DNA of 64,000 nt from assembly GCF_963921235.1 (NCBI RefSeq), contig NC_086109.1, forward strand, positions 8,310,001-8,374,000, written 5' to 3'. The notes under the pieces are model-generated. The model made no database searches. It saw only the letters and a list, made by a program, of their open reading frames with translations, and was not told the DNA's origin. Positions 51,970 through 63,871 of this stretch are shown one piece after another. Made by a program: the position numbers and the translations under genes. Within the stretch, counting starts at the first letter, position 1. Every line of letters begins with the position of its first letter. Origin of the DNA: Mobula hypostoma. Its lineage: Eukaryota.

Positions 51970-54425
51970 AAAGATGTATGATATATAAATTTAATCCAAG
52001 ATATGAATTTTGGGCTAAAATTAAATTTCTCGAGGATGTTAAATAAGTATTCCCATTCAACTCTATCAAATGCCTTCTCGGCGTCCAGCGAAAGAACACA
52101 TTCTGGAGATTAAATATTTTCTTCAGGAATTGAGTGAGACCCTGTCTCAATGTTGCACTCTCGGCAGCTCTCCAGCTCTTCGATCATGTGCTCACCCAGC
52201 TTCGCTACCAAAGCCACGTGTACTCTCAATTCATCCCTCCTCTCCTACCCATCTACCTTCCCTTGTGATCCTAGTAACGGGGAAAAGTTGGGACACCCAA
52301 GGATGAAAGTGAACTGAAAAAGATCTTGTGTGAAGTTTTATTATTTATTTAGAGACACCGCGCAGAACAGATCCTTCCGAGTCAATGAGCCACATCACCC
52401 AGCAATCCACCCATTTAACCCAGCCTAATCCCAGGACAATTTACAATGGCCAATTGACCTACTAACCGGTACGTCTTTGGAATGTGGGAGGAAACTGCAA
52501 CATACAGAGGAAACCAACATGTTAATGGGGAGAATGTACAAACTCCCTTCAGACAGTGCTGTAAACGAACTCCGAACCCGAGCTGTAACAGCATCGCACT
52601 AACCACAACGTTGCTGTGAAGGTGTGTCACTCTACAAGATGCTGGAGGAAATTGGCAGGGCAGGCATGTTTCCAGCATCTGCAGTGCCCCTTTGTGTAAA
52701 GATAGTACATTGACTAAAATAAAAACTGAAAATAACAAATACTTACAGTAAGTCAGGTCAGCCTTCACGGAAAGAGAAATGTTTCAGGGCTGTTTGGTGC
52801 TCTACCATCTGCTTCTGCACTTTTTCAACACAAGACCATAAGGCAGGGGAGAATTAGGCCATTTGGCCCATCAGGTCTTCTCTGCCATTCCATCATGGCT
52901 GATTTACTATCCCTCTCAACTTCATTCTCCTTTCTCTGTAACCTTTGATGCCCTTACTAATCAAGAACAAATCAGCATCCACTTTAAATATACCCAATGA
53001 CTTGGCTTCCACAGCCATCCGTGGCAATGAATTCCACAGATTCACCAGCCTCTGGCTAAAGAAATTTCTCATCTCTGTTGTTTTTGTTTTAGTAACCCTA
53101 TTGCCCATTTCACACTCCACTCATGGCTTTTACCTTTAGCTAATAGATGGTAACTTCACCATTGTTAAGAATTCAATACTTAGAAGGGTGGTGGTTGTCC
53201 ATCATGTCTGACGGTAATAGGAAACCTGTGCAGGAGAGATTTTAAAGTGGAAAAGCTTTACACGGGGGCGGTTCCATTCCCTCGACCTCAGTCGTCCAGT
53301 GGTACAAATAAGCATCACAAACTAGGGTCTTCCTTGGTTGCAGTGTGTGATCATGACATCTTCTGTGCCTTGCCATGCCTTTCACTCTCTCTGAAGCTAG
53401 TTCCAAGACCACACACACAAAATGCTGGAGGAACTCACGGTCAGGCAGCGTCAATGGAAATGAATAAACAATTGGCATTTCAGGCCAAGACCCTTCTTCA
53501 GGTATGCTGTGGAAATACATTCGAAAGTTTTATGCTTTTTATGTATTTAATCTTGTAATGTGACCAAATGGAACCCAATAATCCCAGAGTGCTTTGCTAT
53601 AAGCTAAGTGTGTACGTGACAGGAGGCATGTACTGTCCTGATCGTTGTTCACTGTGTAACTAACAGGAAGTTGACATATTATGTGGCCTTAGGAATTACA
53701 TGAACTTAGCAGATCAAATACCAGCCAAGAATAGCCTGAAAACTTGTATAAAAAGGAAGAAATTTTGTAAGCTGTAAAGCAGATGCTGACTGCCATCCAT
53801 GAGGAGTGGAGGTGCTTCTCCTTGAAAGTAATAAAACTCCTATTAAACAGATCCACTGTTTTTTGTGGTTCTTTGTTATAAGACCTAGCAAAAGGTACAC
53901 AACAATACCAAGATGGTAGAATTGGTTCCTAGTATGCCAAGATGCTTGTTCTTTACATGTGGAAGCAGGTCATCAGCCAGCAGATCGCGTGCCGAGTTAC
54001 CTCTCGGTTTATAGTGTGTTGCTATCAAGCACTTATCTTGAGTACTCAGCTACTTTTCACAACTAAAGTCAGAATCAGGTTTAATATGGTATATGCCATG
54101 AAATTTGTTACTTGTGGCAGCAGTGCAAAGCAATGCAAAACACTGCAATGTAGAAAACTATAAATTACAATAAGAAACATATATATAAATTATTCTCCAT
54201 TCAGAATCTGTTAGTGGAGGGGAAGAAATTGTTCCTGAAACATTTTCCTGTGTCTTCAGGCTCCTGTACCTCTTCCCTGATGGTAGCAATGAGAAGAGGA
54301 CATGCCCTGAGTGACAGGAGTCCTTAATGATGGATGCCACCATTTGAAGTTGTCCTCGAAGCTGGGCAGGCTGGTGCCCATGATGAAAATGCTGCAGGAA
54401 CTCAGCATCTATACAGGGAAATAAA

Positions 54426-54461
54426 CAATCAACGTTTCAGGTGATAGCCTTCATCAGATTG
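54426..54461 (-). ncRNA. near-intact minimal hammerhead motif in a fold-back copy
   Basis: Minus strand caat-CTGATGA-AGG ctatca CCT-GAAACGTT-gattg; one C is missing at the helix I/core junction. Confidence 0.45.
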
Positions 54462-55480
54462 AAACACTGTTTATTCTCCCCTAAAGATGCTGCCTGCCTT
54501 CCTGAGTTGCTCACGCATTTTCAATGATTTGCTCAATTTCCAGCATCTGCACAATCTCCTGTTTGTTTTCTCATCTGGCCTTCCTTTCTGGCTCAGGCCT
54601 GCTTATCCTTGAAATAAGGGAGTTGCAATGATTAGCCAGATCCAGCAACTGCTAGGACAAGGATGTTGCTGGGACAGGAGGATCTGAGTTATAGAGAAAG
54701 GTTGAATAGAATACGATTTTATTCCCTGGAGCATAGGAGAATGAGGGGAGATTTGATAGAGATATAGAAAATTATGAGGGGCCCAAACAATGTAAATGTA
54801 AACCTTTTCCACTGAGGCTGGGTGGAACTAGAACTAGAGGTCATAGGTTAAGGGTGAAAGGTGACATGTTTTAGGGGATCATGAAGGGGAACTTCACTCA
54901 AGAGGGTGGTGAGAGTGTGGAACGACTTGCCAATGGAACTAGCTGAATTCAGTATTTAAGAGAAATTTGTATAGGTACATGCAGATTGATCGGAACAAGC
55001 AGCATGGTAGTTCAGCATGCCGAAGAGCCTGTTTCTGTGCTGTAGTGTTCTATAAGTATAATAGGGTACCACAGAAGCTGGCCATAACTCAAACAACCAG
55101 AGTTACAAATTAGACAGTCTGGCAATGGAAAAACATCAAGAAATAGATGCTTAACATAAATGAATATTTGACTTCCTGAATAGAACTCCTTTGTAACTGC
55201 ATCTCTTAGGAATGCTGATGGGTGCTAAAATGGCCGTTATGCAATAATAATGCCCTTAATAGCAAAGCCACTCGCTGAGAAACATCAAACTTCTGAATGG
55301 GTAGCTTTCTGGAAGTAATGGACCATCTGTTTACTGGCCGTATTCAACCTCGATGCAACACTGCAGACTTGAATCTTGCCAGAATCTTAACTTCTAAATG
55401 ACAAATTCCATACAAACAACAAAACACAATGGATACCTAAATAAGAAACAAAGCAGGTTTGATAATAAATAATCTTCATA

Positions 55481-55486
55481 TTTATT
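55481..55486 (-). terminator. MDM4: candidate MDM4 poly(A) signal
   Basis: AATAAA on the minus strand ~1.2 kb after the stop, followed downstream by the GU-rich TTGTGTTTTGTTGTTTG. Confidence 0.55.
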
Positions 55487-56714
55487 AACTTCAGTCATAA
55501 ATTTCTTACTGAATTTGAACTGTTAATATGTTTTCCAAATTAACGTAACTATTTACTGTAAATACAAAAGCGTGTCTCATAATTAGGAACATGAGAGTGG
55601 TCCGAGAATTACAACAGGCTGGGTACCCAAGGCAAATTGACAAAAGCAGAACATCATAATTTCTGAGAAAATAATTCACCGCACAACTCCATTTTAACTC
55701 AAGTTTCAAATCAAAACTGAATCTGTTCAGAACTGACTACACATCTCCTGTAGAGTCAGGGTGGGAAATATTACCTTCAGCTTTAGCACAATTTTTATTC
55801 TTCTTTCTGAACTAGAGCTACATTTGGAATAGTAATTATTAGCATTGCAACGTCAGGTCAAAACATGGCCTAATATTGCTGAAGATTGGAAATGCTTGAA
55901 GAACAAACTCAAAACACTGGGCTGTATGTATAGCCTTCCATTCTTATAACTATCTATGTAACATCTGTAGAATATAGTTTGCTAGATTAGTGTTTCTTAC
56001 AATTCAACATAGACTATGGCTTCAGGCATTGTCAATTAGTGCACAAAATGGAGCAAGGATGAGACAGTCATCCTCCTACGAGAAAAGAAAGTGTCTCGTG
56101 TCCCCAGCATACAAATTCTCCGACTTGCACTGAAGATAATTATGAATCATGACCCAATAGTGGAAGTACGAATCCAACTCTGGCTAACTTTGTAATTTCA
56201 AACTATGGCAACCAGGTTTTTGACTTCTCAAATGTTTTGCTAAGAGCTAGACATTACACTAAACAAAAAACTGGTCAACTCCTCACTGAAGTTAAATCCC
56301 TAAAATACTCTCTCATCTGACATACCGAGTATGATATTTAGTTGTACTGGTGGCTGTCTCGTTAAACATCACAGGCTCAAGCAGCAATGGTATTGTTTCA
56401 GTAATCATTTCAATTAGTCTCATTAGCTCCCAAAGCTAATCTCACTAATGGTGGGATCATGAATCAAAGTTGCAACTGAATACGTTAAATTTCTCCCTGT
56501 GGTGTGTTTTACAACCAACATTTAGCATCTATGGCAATAACCCGTGGCATGCCTTGGAATGATCAAAGTACACTGCTTCTCTGAAGTTACAGGTTCTCAG
56601 TCATCTTAACCATATCACAACAAAAGTGACTGAAACTACTGGGTGGATCAGAATCTGAACAGTTATGCTACATGTTCACTTGCATGTTGCTTAGTATCTA
56701 ACTAAGCAAGCTGC

Positions 56715-57281
56715 TTACCCTATGAAAGTTTTAATTACTGTAGTAATCGGCTGCACACATACAGGACAAGGCAGTTTTCGCTTGTATAACATCTTAGCAC
56801 ATGCATAGCATGCTACAAGGTGTCCCGTCTTTCCATGAATGATATTCCCAGTCCTTGGACGCACACCGCAGATAAGACAGGGCCCCAAGCAATTTCTTTG
56901 AAAATGCAAGGAGCCCTTGTGTTGCATTTTTGTTTCTTCACACATGGATTCAACCTCCTCTTTGCTCCCACATAAGCTGATACTTGAAGTGGATGGTTGT
57001 AGAAATCTCCCTGTAGATGCTCGACCCTGAATATGTTTCCCTTTCTCCTTGCATTTGGCAACTTCAGTCTGAAGCAGAGGCTCAGAGATAGACCTCCGAC
57101 AGTCAGGAACGTCAATACCTTCATCGTCCTCACCTTCTCCAAAGCCAGTGGATGGGTCAGAAATGCACGGTACAAACCTGGGGCAATTAAGGTGCCAGCC
57201 TTTACGAAGTGCCCAACACTGAAGGCAGTATTGCTTTTGAGAGGGATTCAACCTTCCACATTTAGTACACTTCCAAGAGTC
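56715..57281 (-). CDS. MDM4: MDM4 terminal exon: RanBP2-type zinc finger, DVPD site, C2H2C4 RING
   Basis: Acceptor ttttag|GAC; DSWKCTKCGRLNPSQKQYCLQCWALRKGW, DVPDCRRSISEP, CLICGVRPRTGNIIHGKTGHLVACYAC..CPVC..VIKTFIG*; 567 nt. Confidence 0.96.
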   Translation of the reverse strand, partial: DSWKCTKCGRLNPSQKQYCLQCWALRKGWHLNCPRFVPCISDPSTGFGEGEDDEGIDVPDCRRSISEPLLQTEVAKCKEKGKHIQGRASTGRFLQPSTSSISLCGSKEEVESMCEETKMQHKGSLHFQRNCLGPCLICGVRPRTGNIIHGKTGHLVACYACAKMLYKRKLPCPVCVQPITTVIKTFIG

Positions 57282-58800
57282 CTAAAACGAAAAGCAGGTA
57301 TCACAAGTCACCACATAGAAAGTACTTGGTAGCAGAAAAGACACGTCTAAAGACCACAACATCGTCAAATGCTTAATATGGCCTTCCTAATATGTTAAAC
57401 ATCATAGGCTAACAGTTATTGCTTCAGTAATTAAGCAGACTCATTGGCCCCCATGGCATCTCACTGTTAAAAGTCATTATTGAATTGAATTGACTTTATT
57501 TCTTACATCCTTCACATACATGAGCAGTAAAAATCTTTACATTATGTCTCCACCTAAATGTGCAATGTACAATCACAGTAATTTATAATAAATAGAACAG
57601 TCAATGTAACATAGAAATACACGAAGTTATTACTGAATGTGTCTTTCCTCCCTGCGGTATGCTTTACAACAGGGTTCGGCAACTTTTTTGCCTCTGTGGG
57701 CCAGATTGCATATTAATGAATGGGCGGTGGGCCAGAGAAATGCCATAAAAAACTTGAAATACGGGAATTATCCATTTAAATACATCTAGTTATGCTTTGC
57801 CTCAAATTAATGAATAACGCATGCCAGAAAATCATTTGTGCTTAAGGCTGCCTACCCCTGCTTTATCCCATGGACCAATACCACTAAGCAAGGGGTCTGT
57901 GGACTCCAGGTTCAGAACCCCTGATTTATGGCAAGCACCGCTCTGGAACGATCAAAGTATGCTGCTTCTCTGAAACTACAGATCTCATTCATTTTATCCG
58001 TATGTCACAACAAGGGTGGGTGGATCATGAGGCTGAGGAGTTATGCTTCACATTCAGTTCAATGTAGCTTAGTAGTATCTAACATTGCAACACTGAACAA
58101 ATTTTAGCATCAATTTACTGTAAAGTTCCATCACCGATACTTTAAAAGTAAAGGAATATATATTTACATGTCCTTTATATTCAGAAATAGAGCGCAGAAT
58201 AGGCCCTTTCGCTGATGAGCCACACCACCCAGCAACCCTAGCCTAATCACAAGACAATTTACAATGACCAGATAACCTACTAACCAGTACGTCTTTGGAC
58301 TGTGGGAGGAAACTCACACGATCACTGAGAGAACATACACGCTCCTTATGGACGGCATTGGAATTGGCCTCTGATGCCATGAGCTGTAATAGCGTCGCAC
58401 TAAGCTACCTGGAGCCCTTCTTTAAAGTAAATGTGAAATACATTTTGGACACAGGTATATAAACCAGAATAAATTAAAAATGCAACAAGGAGATATCAGC
58501 TTGATCAGCCTAGAACTAATTAAATGTTTAGAGACTCAAAAAGCTGAACTTCTTCAGATTACCTTATTTCATTAATTTCCTACAACTATCAGGTTCTTGA
58601 ACTGACCTGTACAACCCGAATACTATCTCAGTAACGGAGCACTACGATCACCTCTTGCACAGCCGTGGACTTGTCTCTAATTGTGTTTGTTTTGCTCAGA
58701 ATTTTCTTCGCTATCTTGTATAATTTACACGTAACATGTCTGTATGTGGTCTGAATCTACACACCTGTGATGCTGCTACAATAAAGTTTATAATTGACCC

Positions 58801-59571
58801 TGAAACCCCTTTTTATCCAGTGTCTTTAGGAACGTGGCTTGTTAGCCCCTCACTAACAGCCACTAGACTAAGTAGTGAGAAAACCACCTTTCTCAAACTC
58901 TGTACACCTGTATGACTTAGGTCCCACCAAAACCGGGAGGCTGGGATATCTTGACCACCTGAACCCCGATCTGTGCGAATCATGTGTAATACTGCTCCCG
59001 TGCAATTAGCCACCAGCAAGAAATAACAGGTTGTACACTGCCTACAATTATAAAGAAAGTTTACTTACAAGTTTCAGCTTTATCAGTTAGTAGGAAAAAG
59101 AAAAAAAATAAAAAGGGCCAAATGTGCATGTAAGTTGGAGCTCATCTTGAAGTTGTCTTTAACTTGCGCACTGGACCCACCTTTTGAATATCGCCCAAAA
59201 TCCATCTCAAAAGGGCTGCCCCATGGGAGTATTGCTCCTAACCCCTTGAAGCCATTCATCTGCACAAAGTACCTTGTGCAACTAGAACTGCATCCTCAGC
59301 CATCTTTCCTCCTGTCTTCTTCCGGATCCCGACAAAAAGACCTCGACCCACCCCAGTGTCTGTCATAAAAACCTCTCTGCCTAGCGCTCTCCAGAACCTT
59401 CTCCCAATTCCACCATCCTCATTGGCCGACACAACATTCCCAAGTTGAACAACACAGCCCTTCATCTTTCGCTCAAACCCAAAGATGCCAAACAGAACAG
59501 ACTGCTCTTACAGATCTGCTAAAATGAAATACCTACAGCACAGCAGTAAAATTCTTAACCAGGGTGTTAAA
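58801..59571 (-). mobile_element. probable Gypsy-type solo LTR in an MDM4 intron
   Basis: The minus strand starts T(T)TAACACCC and ends GGGGTTTCA; ~770 bp; it interrupts a repeat tail that resumes at TACCTATACTTGTGCAC. Confidence 0.55.
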
Positions 59572-59662
59572 TACCTATACTTGTGCACACGACAATAAAC
59601 TCCACTTGAAACCAGAATGCATAATTCAAAAGTTTACAACTGGTCAGAACATCAGATCATAC

Positions 59663-59767
59663 CTTCAAGTCACTGGAATCCTCAGCCAAATGAGATATTT
59701 CTGTGTCAGTGTCATCCCCTGAATCCACTGTGTCCTTTTCAGTTTCAAATACTGTAACTCCAATAAC
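59663..59767 (-). CDS. MDM4: MDM4 exon (acidic region): VIGVTVFETEKDTVDSGDDTDTEISHLAEDSSDLK
   Basis: Acceptor tttcaaag|GTT and donor AAG|gtatga; 105 nt, phase 0; SGDDTD resembles MDM4 SDDTD. Confidence 0.88.
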
Positions 59768-60699
59768 CTTTGAAAGGGAGGCAGGGAAATCACAACCAGG
59801 GAAATAGCAAGATAACTTCTGCGAATCGGAAAGTGTAAATCTCTAAATGATGATCAAGTGCATGGTGATTCTTACCTTGACTACTCGGAGGTTAGGGTTA
59901 CCAACTTTTCACTTTCACGGTGAAGAATGATAATGCTATCGGGAGTTATTATTTCTACCCAGTGGCAGTATTGAGCACTTCTGAGTCTTATGCCATAGGT
60001 TAGATGCAAAGTATAGCTGTCTACACACATCTGGTGACGTACTGACTTCAATGAAGTGCTTCCATACCACACCAGAGCAAAACCTCCCCAAACATTCCAT
60101 TCTTGAGTGTTCTACGAGCTTGTTGAATTGGAAGCAGTTTATGCTAAATTCAGGGCATTTAACTGAGTCAATTGCCCACAAGCTCATTTTTCTCTTGGGA
60201 AATCAAGAGCCTTCGGAGAAGAGACCTTTATGGCATCTATTTGGACTAGTTTCCACTCCAATTCAAGGTTCTTCTCCAGTCAGGAAATGAGCACATTTTT
60301 AACCTGAGACAGACAACGACCAAGGTAAAAAATCTTCAACCAGCTGCTGTCATTAGTTCCAATACAATGAAAGTAAGGTTCATTCTTTTTTCTTGAAATA
60401 CAAGTTTTCAAATAATAAACATTCTTAGTTTATTATGATCAAATCTAAAGATTCCCAGAAGATGCACTATACCGAAACATCTTGAAATATCAGGTACAAA
60501 GCATTTAAAAATGGCAGACCCCCAAATCAATAGCTCAAGTTTTTGCAAGTTGGGGCGATAAGACCATAAGACATAGGAGTAGAATTAGGCCATTTGGCCC
60601 ATCGAGTCTGCTCCACCATTTCCTCATGGCCATGGAGAAAGGGTTGCATATAGAGATTTAGCCAGAATTAGCTTTTATCTGAAATGATATTCTGCCTAC

Positions 60700-60867
60700 C
60701 TCCTTCTTATCTGTGTTGTCTCCTTCCTCCACCAGGCCCTCACAAACATCCTTCTCTTTCAACTCAACAGTGTCCAACTTGATCTCCGTGTTTATTTGGT
60801 CAGTAGGAGCTTCATTCAGAAACCACAGATCATCAGTCGAGTCAGAGACAATGGCAGTGTCTATATC
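60700..60867 (-). CDS. MDM4: MDM4 exon: DIDTAIVSDSTDDLWFLNE...TDKKE
   Basis: Acceptor ctgcag|GAT and donor GAG|gtaggc; 168 nt; TAIVSD.TDDLWFLNE is MDM4-specific. Confidence 0.94.
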
Positions 60868-63800
60868 CTGCAGAATCAATGAACAACATTACGATTGTAA
60901 CCTTAGTCAACTGAGATATAACTAATCCAGCAGGCAACCCTTCAATGCATCACCAATGTGATCTATACAAGGACTCAACAGAGACCATTTGTTGCATCAT
61001 TTCACACAATAAGATCAAAGAATTTCTACATCTCTCAAATTCTCCCATTTTATTGGTGCCCAAAATCTCCTGCTGTCCTGAATGCACTCAGCAACTGAGC
61101 ACTCCAGGATTCGATTCTCATTTATCACATGTACACCAAAGCATATGGTGAAATGCCACATTTGTATTAACAACCAACACGTGCTGGGGGCAGTCTGCAT
61201 GTGTCACTATGCATTCCAATGTCATAATAGGCCCACAATGTTCAGCAGATCAATACCAGCAGCAACAAAAGAGCAGCAAATCAAGTCCCTTCCTACCCTC
61301 TAGGCCTCCAACCCCAGGACAGACCTCCAGACTTCTGCACGATTGGGAATTCTGAAAATTCATAACCCACTGATGTGCAAAATTTGTTCACCCAGTTTTA
61401 AATAACCAATCCCTTAACCTGAGGCAATTAACACTAGCTTCAGGTGTTCCAGGCAAGGGAAACACCTTTCAGCTTCTGCTTGATCCAACAGATCTGTCTT
61501 GCTGCTTTAAGGATCTGTGAACACAGAGCTTGAGGTTCCTGCGTTCCACTCCATTCAATATCTTGCCACTTACTGTACACCCAACTGCCTCTGTGCAACT
61601 CTCCAAATGATGCACCTCACTACTAATGATTAAATTCCATTTGCCAATTTTTCCTCACAACTGACCTATTACTATTAATGTACTATTAATGTACTATTCT
61701 ATGTCCTATGTTCACCATTCAGTTAATCCCAGCTATGTTAATAAGACAGTTCCACACTAATCCCAATTTTCAGCTCCATCTAGTAACTTTTTAGGTTATG
61801 ACATATTAAATGTTCTTCCTGGTATTAAACAAAATAAAATGTTTTGTCTCATTTCTACACACATCTATTTTCGATATAAGGATTAGCATTATTTGTCACA
61901 TGGATATTGTAAAATACAGTGAAATCCATCGATTGTGTCAAAGATGTGCTGGGGACAGTCCGCAAGTGTTGCCATGCCATGCTTTCTGTGCCATAGTATG
62001 CCCAAAACTTACTAACCCTAACCTGTACATCTTTGGAACGTAGTAGAAAACCAGAGCACCTGGAGGAAACCCCTGTGGTCACAGGGAGAACATGCAAACT
62101 CCTTACAGGCAGGAATTGAACCCTGAGATGAGAGAACATCCACAACCAATGATCACTTCAATGGTAGCCAAATATTTCTCCCATGCATCTGTATTCCAAA
62201 CAATGTATGCAGGCATGATGTCACTCCAAGTGGCCACTTTTTATTTTGTTACACTGGGCCAGTTTGTCTCTCTTATGGGTATCTTGCATAAGAAAAGTGG
62301 TCGCAAGAACCATCACTTTAGATCAAGGGTTCATAACCTGGGTCCACGCACCCTTTGCATTATGGTTTTGGTCCATGGCATAAAAAAATGGTTGGGAACC
62401 CTTATTTTAATGCAAGGATTTAATGCTTCTTTAAAAGTTTTATTTACAGAATATGGGAATCACCAGTTAGGTCAGCATTTGAAACTCATCCTAAATGTCC
62501 ATAAAAGATGGGAAAGAGCCACCTTCTTACATCAGTAAAGTCATCAGGTCAAGGTACTCTCAGTACAGCTTAGCTGGAAAGAACGCAAATGTTGCCAAGA
62601 CTGAACAGCCTGAGTCACAGAGAGAATCTGGACAGGTAGGACCTTATTCTCTGGAGTGCATAAAATGGAGAGGTAACCTTATAGTTAAGTGAACCATCAT
62701 GAGTACAGATAGGTTGAACACAGTCTTTAATCTGGTCGAGCAGAATCAAAAGCTAAAGGGCATAAGTTTAAGGTGAGAGTGGAAAGATTTAAAAGGTACC
62801 TTAAGTAATTTTTCTTACACAGATAGTGGTGTGTAATGGTGAGAGGAAGCGGTTGAGCCAGGTACAATATACAATTCAACATTTAAAAATACTTGGACAG
62901 TTAAATGGATAGAAAAGATTTAGAGGGAAATGGGCCAAAAGTAGACTAATGGGGACTAGCTTAGGTAGACATCTTGAACGACATGGATGAGTTGGGCTAA
63001 AGGATCTGTATATGTTACAATTCTATACAAACCTAGGATTACACCCAGCAATTATAATTTGAGTTAGAGGATGAGGAGAGATAAAGAATAAATGTTGCAG
63101 GTGCCCATGGCACCTGTAAGGGACGTGATATGGAAGAAGCCTTGGTAAATTGCTGCAATGCATTTTGGCTTAGTATCCATCACAACCCAACAGCTGATGA
63201 AGTGAACTTTATGGCTGCTGGGGTCCTAATCAAGTTGGCTGCTCCAGCATTGTAATGAGCCTCGGGTGCTTCTGGAACTGCATCATAGTCTTGGCGTACT
63301 ACGTAGGTGGTACCAAAGAATGAGATAATTGCACTATATGCCAGTGCTCTAGCAAATGAACAGTTGGCTGTCATTCACATGTTTATATAGAATAGTAACT
63401 TCATAATCCTACTTTATATTCCAACCCACTAGCAAAAGAGCAGTTGCCTGCCATTAGATTGTTTATATGGAGTAGTAATTTTTTGGTCAATTCTGAATGG
63501 GAATTGATGAGAGACTGCGCACTAGTTAACTGGATCTTTCCAGTTCTGGCCCTCGGGTTGATACTGGCTCAACTTTGCTTCAGTCTCATCAGGGAGGAGT
63601 ACACTTTTAGAGACTCTACGATTTGATGCTTAATGTTTTGTGTGTTATTGGTTCACTTTTTGCTGGTAGTGTAAATGTTTTTTTCACACGTCTGAGTCTT
63701 GATGTATTGGTGTTTTCTTTAAACAAGTTCTCGGATTTTTTTTGTGGCTGTCTGCAAGAAGACAAATCTCAAGGTTGTATACTGTATACGTACTTTGAAC

Positions 63801-63871
63801 TTTGATAAATTAGGGGATTTACAGATAGATAAATTACTAAAATACGTAAATGAAAGCAGAAATCAGTTCAC

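Larger units (their letters stand above)
49121..52088 (-). mobile_element. 5'-truncated L1/Tx1-clade LINE (ORF2 RT to 3' tail) with two Penelope insertions
   Basis: [12 protein letters not shown] (~52085), GTRQGCPLSP, SLYADD, ILPKFLYLFQ, GSLALPNFRFYYWA, HMFWSCP; AATAAAAAAGATTGAAAAAGAAAGAAA tail. Confidence 0.92.

Noticed and set aside
33500..55400. Host protein-coding genes among the short ORFs between ATP2B4 and MDM4
   Set aside because: The recognisable ORFs map to LINE, SINE, Tc1 or Penelope remnants; no consistent spliced exon chain was seen.
56545..56690. p53 response element-like CATG half-sites in the MDM4 3'UTR
   Set aside because: The half-sites have mismatches to RRRCWWGYYY and do not form a proper pair.
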